Positions 44,294 to 58,345 of a stretch of DNA of 64,000 nt are shown here, piece after piece; position 1 is the stretch's first letter; each line of letters opens with the position of its first letter. The notes under the pieces are model-generated. The model did no database searches. It was not told where the DNA came from and was given only the letters and a program-made list of their open reading frames with translations. Location of the stretch: contig CM097885.1 of NCBI GenBank assembly GCA_044892525.1, positions 24,058,001-24,122,000 on the forward strand, given 5' to 3'. This stretch comes from Schmidtea polychroa (taxonomy: Eukaryota). The translations under genes and the position numbers were made by a program.

Positions 44294-45232
44294 TAAAAAA
44301 TGACAAAAATCCAATCCTAGATAGCGCAGTGGGCTAGACCGGCACCGTGGTTCAAATGGATAGCGGTTCAAATCACATCTGAGGTTAGTTTTTTTTCAAC
44401 ATAAAATAATATTAAAAATTTGAAAATAATATTGAAAATAGTGTGGGTATCTTATATTTATATTTTATTTTATTTATTTTTATTTTATTTTATTTTATTT
44501 TATTTATTTTATTTATTATTTTATTTTTTAAACATAAATATGAAAAAAAAAATATTGAAACGGGTGATGGTGGCGAACCGGTAATTATCGCCACCTGTCT
44601 TTCGAACACCCCCGGATCGATCCCGGTAATGTGCACATTTATTTCTCAGTTGTTTTCGGACCTCTTTCGGATTCGCTTTCGAATTCATTTGTACTTTCGA
44701 GCAGCACGCTTAAAACGCCGTTGAAATCGACTTCGTGAGCGAGAAGCGAATAATAAGGCGTGCTGCTATTATCGGATTGATTCTGATGTATGAGTCTGGC
44801 CAGCTTGTATATTGGAAGAGATTTGATAAACGAAAGAGGTTGAAATAAAAAAAAAATGATCCGGATCAAAAAAACTGTTGAGGGGACAGTGAAAAAAAAA
44901 AAAATACCACTGTCCCCTCAGAGCAGTTTTACTATTTTTCATTTATTTTTTAATTTATATAATTTAAAATCAATAATCTGATAAAGATCAAATAGCCCTC
45001 TAACTTTTTCATAATGCCATTTTCTTTTCTATTCTCTTTTTAGTTTGAAGCTTTTGAGTTTGAGGCTTTAAAGATTAAAACAGTTAGAGTCATTAAGGGT
45101 GGTTGTTTTCAAAATATAGGGTTAAAATACCATAAAAGTATAAGTTTTAGGTTGTTTTTCTAATAGCTTAAGTGATTTGGAGGCATGTTATTGTTGGGGG
45201 GCTGTTTTGGTTGGGTATATAACCACACTACT
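44294..45232 (-). repeat. Right TIR of copy 2 (variant sequence)
   Basis: Homologous to the other TIRs but with many substitutions in the inner ~500 bp. Confidence 0.9.
44315..44386 (+). ncRNA. Variant tRNA-like Pol III cassette 1
   Basis: A-box TAGCGCAGTGG, B-box GGTTCAAATC and T-run retained; middle diverged. Confidence 0.6.
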
Positions 45233-45723
45233 TATAGTCGAAAATGTTTTTTCATTAAATACATTATTTACAGCTAAAGGTTTAAATTATCACTTTATTG
45301 TTTTAAATAATATTTTGAAAATAATAATAATAACAGTAATAATAATAGTAAAAAGGTCTTTGTTCTATTGGAGTCCTGTTTTATGAGTCATTGTCTTTGT
45401 TCTAAAAAAGATGAGTCATCGATGAGTCATTGTCTTTGGTAAAGTGTCTATATGTCTTTGTTTAAAAATGATGAGTCATTGACTTTGTTTTGGAGCGTTT
45501 AACTAGTACTTTATATTGTTTTAGAAGTATTGTCCCTTTTTTTTGCATTCCTGTGGATTCTGATGTGTGAGTTGTATGACTTAAATTGACAATAAATTGA
45601 TTTGAACTGCTATATTCCAAATTATCAGTCGACAAACCTGCACCGCTTCACCATGCGCAGTGCTTGTGTAGAAATATATTTGCCATTTCAGGAGACCAAT
45701 CGAAATCAAGGAAAGAATAGGAA

Positions 45724-45728
45724 ATATA

Positions 45729-45817
<89 letters not shown>
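45724..45817. repeat. (AT)n microsatellite
   Basis: Direct reading. Confidence 0.97.
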
Positions 45818-45820
<3 letters not shown>

Positions 45821-47570
45821 GTCTTTTAAAACTTAAATATATTTTACAAACACATTTTAAACGTTAATGTTGACTTATTTAACAAAGACATAATAAAACT
45901 AAAATTATTAAATTAAAGATGCAATAATTAAACCAAAATACATGACATACAGAATACATTAGATATTTGATGGACAAATCTTCTAGAAAATTATAATTAT
46001 TCATTGATGTAGTAATCAACAAAAAAACAAAATAGAGAAAAATTCAATAATTAAAATAAAACAAGAGTGCAAATAAAATTATATATTGGATTTTTTGGAC
46101 CGACTTTTATTTTAGATTTTTAAGGAAGGTGGAGGAAATTGCTACCACAGTTGTGATTTCTAGTCACTATTCTAGTCTGCGGTACAGAAATCACCTGATT
46201 TGTATGATGTTCGGTGGTTTATGGATGTCCCAGGTAATTTAAACCCCTTTGCTTTAACTGTTTCCTTACTGCCTAAAAGACTATAACATTTCGGGCGTAA
46301 GAAAACCCATTCAGAATATCCTAATCCATTTCACTCATCTTTAAACTTCCCGATGACTGAGTCAAGGTTCCTATTATACAAGGGGTGTGTTGGATCATAG
46401 TTCGATGTAACCAATAAATAATCTGAGATCGTCTGAGGTAATAATATTGATAATTTAAGATTTTTAATTTCGAGAAATGCTAAATATTTTACTCAATTAC
46501 CTTTTGCTAAATATTATTTTAAATGACTAAAAATGACAAAGTTAACCAATAAATTAGTCGCTCGAAATAAGAATAATAACTAAATATATTACATAAATGG
46601 AAATATTTCTCACTAAATTACCTAAGAATTTCTAACTAATATATATGTGCCTTAATTAATATACCGTTGCGACCAATACCTTTACGACAAATACCGATAG
46701 GGGGACAAAATATCTTTGCGGATAAATATATATATAAAAGAACTTACAATATGCTATGATCTTTATTGATTAATTTGTTATATATATCAAGAGACTGATA
46801 TTCATAAATTAACTAAAATTACTCAAATATATTATATTACCTAAATGTTTTTACTTAATGATACATTAAATGATCTTGTTTTTTTAATATACCTATGAGT
46901 TAATTTCTAAAATTATCATGTTTTTTTATCATGCATTATTTGAATATAAATTTGCTGAATGTGAAATGAACAAGTTTCTTGTTAAATTTCGTAAGAATTT
47001 AATAATTAATGATATTTTGCAGAAAGGTATATAAAATCTCTATGAATGTTTTCGTCAAAATAAATTAGTTCCTAAAAAACTCACAAAGAATTGCCCTATA
47101 AATTTTATTCGAAACTACCCCCAATTAAATGTTTTGTTGTTTTATTATTTTCACAAGTTTATTATTATTATTTTTTTAAATCGGCATTAATTGAGAAGGA
47201 GATTTCGATTTCCACTTGTCTCATTGGAAAACCTTAAAAAAAACTAGAACAAAGATGTTATTATGATTAATATTATTAATATTATTGTTATTATTACTAT
47301 AATTATTATTATTTTCAAGATATTATTTATCAAAATAATATTATCAATATTAATATTATTATTATTATTACTATTATTATTATAAAGTGATGATTTCTTG
47401 GTAGGAGCATTTATTATTTAAAACAATCATTTAAGCGTTTTGGTGCAAATAATGTATTTAATGAAAAAGATTTTCGACTTGTAGTCCTTGTCAACCTCTT
47501 GGAATTTTCTTACCGAAAATACATTTCTATCTTTCTTTTATTTTCTTTTTCCTAATTCTCATTGAGACCA

Positions 47571-47752
<182 letters not shown>

Positions 47753-47922
47753 CACAAAGGTACTTTTCACACCCAACATGCCTGAAAGGGTATATTATTA
47801 CAAAGTATTATTAAATTCTGACCAATTAAAATCAATGAAGTGGAAGGACAAAAATAAATTACGTTGCGGTGTTTTAAAACTTAAATATATTATTAAAACA
47901 TATTTTGACGCCATTTGCATCA

Positions 47923-47994
<72 letters not shown>

Positions 47995-48449
47995 CCGAAT
48001 TTTATGTCTGGTACAAATATTGTGGATTAAATTTATTTTAAAAATTGAGACATCCGAACTCAGATATAAGAGAAGTAAAAATTAAAAAAAATATAAAACA
48101 AAAATAAAATAATATTCAGAGTAAATATAAAAGTCAAATTAAAAATCTAAATTTAATATAATTTATAACAATTAAAATTTTGGTAAAATAGTTTTGACAT
48201 TTTTGTGCAGAATCTAAGTAGAAATTATATGAATTAAAATATAACAATATAAACTTTCAATTATTTATCGTTAAAACAAATTAAATAAAATTAAATCTGT
48301 GGCTGTTTTTTATGGGAAGTAATGAAGAAGTAATTAAAATTTTGTATTCTTAGTATAAATAAATAAAATAGCAGGAAACAAATAAAATAATAATCAATGT
48401 AAATATAAAAGTCAAATTATAAATCTAAATTTATTACATTTTATAAATA

Positions 48450-49355
48450 TTAATATTTTGGTAAAATAATTTTGACATTTTTGTGCAGAATCTTAGAAAA
48501 GGAGGCGATATTCGATTTTGACAATCCAATTGAATCTGCTAGCAATTTTGCGTCTACGTCGACATTTTTTAAGTCACAGACCAATTGAATGCAACATACC
48601 GCAATCAAAACGCTTCCTTTAATGCGAAATTCACTAATTTCACTTACATTTTTTACTGCTTCTTTTACAAGCTTTTCTATTTTGAAATCCGTCACGTCTA
48701 AATAATATAAAAATCTGCCAACGAGTAAATCTGGCTTGATTTCACGCGTTGGTCGTTTCAATGCAGTTTGGATAAGTTTTAATAACTTTTTGAATTTCTT
48801 TTCATCAACCAGTGGACATTCGTTTAATATTTCTTTCGGCAGTCTCGGAACTTCATTGTCTACGCAAGCCAAATATAGACATACGCAATTCAAGGTCGCT
48901 TTGTTTCGCTTGACACAGGCCTCTGATTTTGTAATTTCATGGAGTAGAGATACAGCTCGCGAATAAACATTTCTATCTACTTTTATTCTTTCACACAAAT
49001 CTGCGATTTGTCGTTTCTGGGACGCCAATGACACTTCTTTGCTACTCTTAGTTGAAAGGAATTTAAATTTCGAATTTCCATTTTCATCTAGAAATCTGAG
49101 GTTAAAACCTGTTTGAACGGCAGTCGATGTTTGTCCATCTGTTTCTGACGTTTCCACCTCTCCGACTCGACAAGCGTCATGTCCATCCGTTCCATCGGAT
49201 GCGAATGTTCTCCATTCACTAGAAGGATCAATCGCCCGTTCAACTACAACCAGACCACAAGCGGAACATATCATATCTCCAGTTCGACAATCAGTTATTA
49301 GAACTCTATTTGGATGATATTTACAATGAACCATTTTCATATTGTCATTATTCAT
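48450..49355 (-). CDS. GTF2B: Transcription initiation factor IIB-like protein, intronless and divergent
   Basis: Zn ribbon CKYHP...GDMICSACGLVV, B-reader IDPSSEWRTF..DACRVG, cyclin folds with CLYLAC...VPRLPKEI; uninterrupted 301-aa ORF. Confidence 0.9.
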   Translation of the reverse strand: MNNDNMKMVHCKYHPNRVLITDCRTGDMICSACGLVVVERAIDPSSEWRTFASDGTDGHDACRVGEVETSETDGQTSTAVQTGFNLRFLDENGNSKFKFLSTKSSKEVSLASQKRQIADLCERIKVDRNVYSRAVSLLHEITKSEACVKRNKATLNCVCLYLACVDNEVPRLPKEILNECPLVDEKKFKKLLKLIQTALKRPTREIKPDLLVGRFLYYLDVTDFKIEKLVKEAVKNVSEISEFRIKGSVLIAVCCIQLVCDLKNVDVDAKLLADSIGLSKSNIASFSKILHKNVKIILPKY

Positions 49356-52300
49356 TTTATTTGTTTAATAATTATATAAATTAATTAATTAATTAAGCAA
49401 ATTATTTATATATTATTATTTATTTAATTCTTCATTGGTTAAAAGTAATTGTTAATCTAAAAAATGCTAAAATATTTTTATATTTAATGTTTTGTGTAAG
49501 GTTTTCCGATGAGACAAATGAAAATCGAAACCTCCCTCTCAATTAATGCACATCTGTAATCAGCAAATGTAATAATTGTAATAATAAATTCGAAATTATT
49601 TCGCTGTTTTTTCAAATATGTAAAACTATTTTCTTCTGATTTAAATTTTATTTGAATTTGGACAGTTTCATATTTGTGAAAAATAGGGCTGGAATAGCTG
49701 TACTGACCTCATGGAAATGTATTTTCCTTATAATTTCGTTTATAAAGTTAATTATCATAGGAATCTATGTAATGTATTGACAAAAAAAGATTTTGAAAGT
49801 AATTAAATGATAAATTATTATATTTTTACATAAATTTATGTAATTAAATTTTCTTTAGTTTGTTTTATTTTTTTATTTATTATTTTAAAATTCTTTAATT
49901 AATCTTACTCGAGGAAAATTCTCAGCACATACTATCAACATCTTTGCTGTTATTTTCTCTTTGGTGAATTCTTTATTCTCAAACAACCTGTCAACAAGGT
50001 CCTACACTTTTTTAAAATATGTTTCAATCTCTTCGCCTCTTCTTTTATAATTCAATAAACTTTCCATATCCTTTATTACGTCCCTTTCGTAATCAAATGC
50101 CATTCGTAACCTGGCTTGAAATCCTTCTGCTTTTTTAACTGTTTTCGCATATTTCTCCAATAGATCCTCGTCGATCATGCATGCGGTGAATCTTTCTTGT
50201 TCTTTTTTATTGATGCCTTTAGCATCGAATTAGATCTTGGATCTTCTGATGAATTTTTCCAAGTCATCACCTTGACAGAACACTTTTGGCAATAATCTTT
50301 CGTTAATCGCGTCGGTGTTTACCGCTGCCACCATATCAGGATTCTCATCCGTTTTTAAATCACTAAATAATTCCATAAATTTTATTTAATAAAAGATATT
50401 TCAATTCGGGTAAAGTATACCTATAAAATAAAAATTTAATAAAAAAATATTATAATTTAAATGATATATTTTAATAAATGTTTACGCAAAAATTTGCAAA
50501 TCATTATTATTTATTACAATGAATATTTTCAAAATTTTATTTACTAAAAAATAAAAATTTACTAAATTAAAAGTATTAACATTTACTTAAATAAAAAATT
50601 ATATTAAATTTCCTTTAAATTATAAAAAGGAATCAATACTTACATTGTAAATTTTTATTTCGATTAATTGACATAATTTTTCTCTTTATTCGTATTACCT
50701 AAATTATCAATTAATTAAATCAATAAATTAAAAATTATGTTTACTTTTTCTTTTCAAATTTCCTTTAATCTTCGATTTCAAATTGTCTTCATTAATATTA
50801 TGTAACTAAATAAATTATTTAATTAATCAATAAATTAAAATTTACCAAATTTCTGAATTTTTTTCTCGGACATTCATAACGTTTTCTATTAGAGAATTCA
50901 TTTTTAAAGTTAAATATTTGTAAAATGTGACTAATGATAGATTATTGTTTATAGACTGAAGATAATAAACAGGAACAAATTCTAACCAATCAAAATCAAG
51001 GAAAGGTAGGAAAAATATGTATATATATATATATTACGTTGCGGTATTTTAAAATTTAAATTTATTTTAAAAATCCATTTTGACGCTAAAGTCGATTTAT
51101 ATAACAAAGACATAATAAACTCATTATTTCCTACAAATATTTCACCCATCAAATACCTACCTAGAGATGATATATATTGATTGATCATAATAGCAAACTA
51201 AATCACAAATTTCAGTATATCTTACAATAATTTTCAAGTAAATTTGAAGTCCTTGATAAAGTTAACTGGTTTCTTAGCTTATGTATTTTTAAAAGTTCAT
51301 CAATGTGTAAATGAAAATATTCATAGAAAAGTATTGAAAAGATTATTGAGTCAAGTGCAATACAAAGTCATCTAAAATTAAACCTATTACTTGATTATTA
51401 ACCTAACAGTCATTAAAAAATTAATTTTTTTTTAAAATTTAGCAAATTATCAAGAAATTTAATTAAAATCACGATTAAAACTTTAAATATTTAATCAATC
51501 AACATGAAATTATTAGAAAAAATTTACAAAAAACTACTTAGTCAAATTCAATTACATTACAAAGTCATATCCTATCACTTGATAATTAACCTAACTGTAA
51601 TTAAAAATAATTTTTATTTAAAATTAAAAATCAATCAATAAAAATGCATCCAATTATCAAGAAATTAATTAAATTTATCTTAGAACTAACTTTAAATTTT
51701 TAAATATTCATTCAATCCACATGAAATTCACGAAAATGATAAAAATTCTCAAAAACCATCAACTCTAAAAAAATTACTAATGAATAGACACCAAAATATA
51801 TTAATTTAATTTTCTTATATCTCTTATTATTATTTCATAAAAAATCTATTTAAATTTATCATTGAAAATTATTTCAAAAAGATTTGCATCTGAAATTGTC
51901 AATTCTCATCGTTGATAGTTTTTCAAAATATCTGACAATAAATTATTACTGTAATTTTAAAATTTTTACTTTAATTTACTTAATTTAAAAGTATTACTAT
52001 AATTTAAAAATTTTAATTTAATTCTAGACCTTTGAATACTCAAGTAAAAAAAATTTTAAACCTTAATTTACCTATTTATCATTAATTTACTTTAATTTAA
52101 CCCTTGTTTACCAAATATAGAAGTTTAAAATATAGACCATTGATTACTTTAATTTAAAAATGTATCCCTTAATTTACATTATTTCCATCTAAAATTTATT
52201 CATAAAAATATTTATATAAAATTGTCATAGAAAAATATTTTATAAAAGTTTTCATTTTAAATTTTTATTTCTCATCAGATGATAGTTATTCAAAATATCT

Positions 52301-54505
52301 GACAATAAATTATTAATTTAATTTAAAATTTTACATTAATTTACTTTAATTTAAAATTTTGAACTAAATTACTTTAATTTAAAACTTAACCTTAAATCAA
52401 CTATTTATTTTAATTTACTTAATTTTAAAATTTGGTCCTTAAATTACTAATTTGAACCCTTAATTTACTTAAGTTTAAAAATTTAGAACTTAATTTAAAA
52501 TTTTCGACCATAATTAACCTATTTATCATTAATTTACTTTAGTTTAATTTTTGATCCTTGATTAATTCAATATAAAAATTTAGACCCTTAATTTAATTTA
52601 ATTGAAAATATTAGACCTTAATTTGCTTATTTATCCTTAATTTATTTAAGTTTAAAAATATAGACTTTTTTAAATTTACTTTAATTTAAAATTTAACCAT
52701 TAATTTACAAATTGAAAATTTTAGACCTTAATTTACTTAATTGAAAATTTTAGACCATAATTTTCATGTAAAAATGTCATTGAAAAAATTTATATTGTTA
52801 GATAATTTTAAATATATTGTTAGATAATTTTTAAATATATTTCTAGATAATTTTAAATATATTTTAGAATAACTCAGTAATTGGTCTCAATAAGAATTAA
52901 TTCTCAATGAGAATTAAGAAAAAGGAAATAAAAGAAAGAAAGAAATGTATTTTCGGGAAGAAGATTGCAAAGTTCCAGGAGATTGACAAAGACTATCTTA
53001 TAGTCGAAAATGTTTTTTCATTAAATACATTATTTACAGCTAAAGGTTTAAATTATCACTTTATTGTTTTAAATAATATTTTGAAAATAATAATAATAAT
53101 AGTAATAATAACAATAATATTAATAATAATAATAATAATAATAGTAATAAGATCTTTGTTCTAGTGGAGTCCTGTTTTATGAGTCTTTGTTCTAAAAAAA
53201 TAGATGATGAATCGTTTGACGAGTCTTTGTTCTAAAAATAAATGATGCATTGTCTTTGTTCTAAAAAGGATAAGTCATCGATGAGTCATACAGAAAGGGG
53301 GATGTGCAAAAAAATAAAACAGTACCCACATTTAAACGATGAGTCATCGATAAGTCATTGTCTTTGGTAAAGTGTCAGCATTGGAATCGACATGGAGTTC
53401 CAATATTCATTATTATATTTAATATTACTGTTTATATTTCACATTTGTCTGTTATTGAATGAATGTAGAAAGCCTTCTTCCCTATATAGATGACTTGTTA
53501 ATGAATTCCTAATTAGAAAGTTTACTCATGTCAAGAGGCTATAATTACTTTGTGAAATAGGCAAAGATTTTTTCTTCATGTTAACATAAAATTAGATTTC
53601 AACAACTGATTAATGACAAATTGCAAATTATTGACTATTTTCAATTAATATAATCTTATTACATTTCATTAATAAATGTTTTAAGGCAGTACGAATATTA
53701 GTAATCAATTAAAAGTTGAGCAGATCTTTTGTGAATAAAAATTAAAATTCTATAGTCTTTCGTTGTTATTTTAAAATATTTGAATTATTTTCAATTTCAC
53801 GTGGTGTTTTAAAGTGTTTGAGTTGATAATTATTCATTTTTGACGAAAATCAATATTTTTGTTAAATTTAGACTTAGAGAGAAAATGTTTTTCTACTGAT
53901 TGTAATTAAATATATTTTTGAATTTAATACATATAAAAGGTTAATTTATTTAAAAAGCATTTGATAAAATACAATGAAGAATATTTAGTTGATTGTAAAT
54001 ACCTGGTTGTAAGTCTTTAGTATCTGGTTGTTTGAGAGTTACTTAGTATTTGGTATCTGGTACCTAGTTAGTTGGTTGTTGTTGATTGTTAGTAAATAAT
54101 CTTTGAAACTAATCTGTTAGTAGCTAGTTGTTTGTTGGTTGTTAATACATGGTAGCAGCTATCTGGTTGTAAGTTCTTAGTTGTAAGTATTTGGTACTTA
54201 TTTGTTAGTACCTAGTTAAAAATCCTTAGCAGCTGATAGTTGGTATTTATTATCTGAATGTAAATAATACCTAGATAGTACATATTTGTTAGTATTTTGG
54301 TTGTAGGTATCTGGTTGAATTTTAGATTTTGACAAGAATTTAAGAAATATTCTTCTTCCTGAATTAGGAAAAGCTTCTTATAAGCAAATATATGATGATG
54401 AATAAATTTTGTATCTTTATCACTGTCTTGTTAATTTTTATTTATTATTATAGTTATTTTTTATGTGTTGTTAATAAAGTCTTTAGTTGTTAAGTATTTG
54501 GTTGA

Positions 54506-54589
<84 letters not shown>

Positions 54590-56208
54590 ATTATTACTTG
54601 CGAAATTTGCATCTAAATTTTCTTTAAAAATTATTTCATAAAAACGTTCATTAAAGATTTTCATTTCTCAAAAGCTGCCTATCATTCAAACTTTTTGATT
54701 ATAAAATTAAAATTATTACTTTAATTAACTTATTTAAAAATTTACTTTAATTTAAAATTTTTATTTATTTTACTTAATTTAAAAATATTACTTAAATTTT
54801 TAAAATCTTTGAACAATGATTACTTTTTTTTAAAAATAAAAGCCCATAATTTAATTTGATCAATTTTTAGACTCTTAATTTACTTAAAATTAAATTATTC
54901 TCATCATATTTCAAAGTTTATTACTAGTTTTCAAAATTTAGCCCTTCATTTACTTATTTACCAAATATAACCCTTGTTTACTAATATTTTTAGTAGAAGA
55001 AATTAATTGAAATCGATCTTTGAAATTAATTTAATAAAAATTTGTATTAAATTTTGCCTTTGAAAATTATTTCATAAAACTTTCTATTTAAAATTATCTT
55101 ACAAAATTATTTCATGAAAAATTTCATTTCTCAACAGCTTGCAATTATTCAAACTTTGTCATAATAAATTTAAAATTCTTTCTTTTATTTACTTTCAATA
55201 TATAAGAAGTTATATTATACAAAGAAATTCAATAGACTGACTGTATTATGGAAACACACAAACTTACCTGCGCTTTAAATTTTAATGTTTTAATGAATAA
55301 AATCTTTTATATAGAAGGTGAGAAAGTGGTAGAAAAATAAAATTAACACACAAATACAGCACATATACACCAAACACCACTGAGATACGTTCTCTATAGT
55401 GGTGGTTGGCGTGTAAATTCACTCACCAATTTATTTACCAATTGTAATTGGTTGTAATTGTAAATCATCTTTGTCAATTTATCATGTCTCATTTATATAT
55501 TTTGGAAATTTATTTTAGCCATTTTACAAATGGCTTTCAAGTAATTTTTTTTATTTAAAGTAAATTTTAAGACTTGAATTCTGATCCATATGAGATATGA
55601 GATCATTATTCAAGTTCTTAAATATTACTTTTAATCAACAGTATAATTATATATTATTTTAATTAATTTTCAGGGTTTCTAGGAATTTTATGATATTTAG
55701 CTCTATTTATTTTAGAATTATTTCAAAAAAATGTGAGTCCGATATATTTTTAATTATAGTTAATGAAATAAATAAATCAATCACCTAAAATATTTATTTT
55801 TTTAAAACATTTTGGGGAAAATCGATGATTAAAATAATTTTTGTAATTTTTTTTCTGAGCTCAATATGAGGAGCTTCTTTCAGGAAATCAAATCTGGATT
55901 GAAATGATATTGAACCAAATTCATCTGCTCTTAATATTTTCATTAAAAATATAATTTTAAAAATTTTCAACGATCTTTTTTTTCTAAAAATTGTCAAAAA
56001 TAAAGTTTATTATAGAAACGTATCTCATCGTTACATTTATACGAATCAAAAATTTGTATGTGCTTTTTAGTATGTGTTGCGTTTGTGTGCAGTTTTTAAT
56101 TTTCCTTCCACTTTTCAGTTTTCTATAATATAAGATGTATCTCACTGAGCTATAAATTAGAACACCATGTTAGTAATTATTATATTATATTTTTACATAA
56201 ATTTATTT

Positions 56209-56382
<174 letters not shown>

Positions 56383-58345
56383 TGCAATAACTTAGGGGAA
56401 ATAGTCAGTATTCATTATTAGTTGATTGAATGTGTTGGAATATTATTAGTGTTGGTTTTGAATCCTCGTGCTCTTCTTCAATTTTCAAAATAAGGCTCAA
56501 AACATTTTATTAAAGAGGTTTTATACAATAATTTTTATTTAAAATAAAAAAACCAATCAAGAAAAATGCATCCAATTATCAAGAAATTAATTAAATTTAT
56601 CTTAGAACTAACTTTAAATTTTTAAATATTCATTCAATCCACATGAAATTCACGAAAATTATAAAAATTCTCAAAAACCATCAACTCTAAAAAAAATTAC
56701 TAATGAATAGACACCAAAATTTATCTAAATAATCTTTTAAATTATTTCATTAAAATTGAAGACAACACGCTGGAATTGATCATTACATTCAATTAAAATT
56801 AACTAAATCAAGATATGAACTTTGATAAAAAAATATTTTTGTAAAATGATTAGAATTAACACTAGTGTTCTTTAAATCTAATTAACTTAGTCATAATTTT
56901 CTTTAATTATTACTGCGAATTCTTATCATCTTTCAAAATTTCTTACTTAATTTAAAATTGCATCCTTTAATTTACCAAAAATAGCATTTAATTACTTTTT
57001 TTTAAATATATCTCTTATTATTATTTCATAAAAAATCTATTTAAATTTATCATTTAAAATTATTTCAAAATATTTTGCATCTCAAATTGTCAATTCTCAT
57101 CGTTGATAGTAAATTGTTGACAATAAAATATTACTGTAATTTTAAAATTTTTACTTTAATTTACTTAATTTAAAAGTATTACTATAATTTAAAAATTTTA
57201 ATTTTAATTAAATTCTAGACCATTGATTACTCAAGTATAAAATTTTAAACCTTAATTTACCTATTTATCATTAATTTACTTTAATTTAACCCTTTATTTA
57301 ATTAATTTAGCCCTTGTTTACCAAATATAGAAGTTTTAAATATAGACCATTGATTACTTTAATTTAAAAATGTATCCCTTAATTTACATAATTTCCATCT
57401 AAAATTTATTCATAAAAATATTTATATAAAATTGTCATAGAAAAATATTTTATAAGTTTTCATTTTAAAAATTCATTTCTCATCAGATGATAGTTATTCA
57501 AAATATCTGACAATAAATTATTAATTTAATTTAAAATTTTACATTAATTTACTTTACTTTAAAATTTTGAACTTAATTACTTTAATTTAAAACTTAACCT
57601 TAATTCACCAATTTAATTTAATTTACTTAATTTTAAAATTTGGTCCTTAAATTACTAATTTGAACCCTTAATTTACTTAAGTTTAAAAATTTAGAACTTA
57701 ATTCAAAATTTTCGACCATAATTTAACTATTTATCATTAATTTACTTTAGTTAATTTTAGATCCTTGATTAATTCAATTTAAAAATTTAGACCCTTTATT
57801 TAATTTAATTGAAAATTTTAGACTTTAATTTGCTTATTTATGCTTAGTTTATTTAAGTTTAAAAATATTGACTTTTTTTAATTTACTTATAATGTATATT
57901 TCCTTGCATAAATTGCACGTGATGCAATAAACATAGTTTTTTTCTAAAGCACACATCTTTCGGTGTCTGGCAGTTTTCCATTGTGCAATTGTTTTCTTTA
58001 TTTGTGTTGTTTGCCAGAGTTTTACTCAATGTCCAAGATTTATGTGCTATCTGAATCGAACGACCGATGCGTTTAAGTTCTTTAAAGATCTCGAAATCCA
58101 GTAAGTCACTGATGAATGGGATATTAAGATAGAAATATTGCTTCTTCTTTTTCTTCTCCAATTGATCCTCGTCAATCATGCATGCAGAGAATCTTTTCTG
58201 TTCATTTTATTTCTTTTTTATACCTTTATCATCGAAATAAATCTCGCATCTTCTAATGAACTTCTCCGAGTCATCAATTTAACAAACGACCTTTGGCAAC
58301 AATCTTTTGGTGATCTTATCGGTGTAAACTGCTGACACTATATAA

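Larger units (their letters stand above)
30939..45232. mobile_element. Polinton copy 2, defective and probably chimeric
   Basis: Same left junction CAGGTA|AGTAGT; right end ACTACT|TATAGT, so no TSD; polB broken; right TIR diverged from left TIR. Confidence 0.95.

Noticed and set aside
46120..46440. Moderately GC-richer patch with possible exon boundaries
   Set aside because: No recognisable protein or RNA motif; cannot be supported without transcripts.
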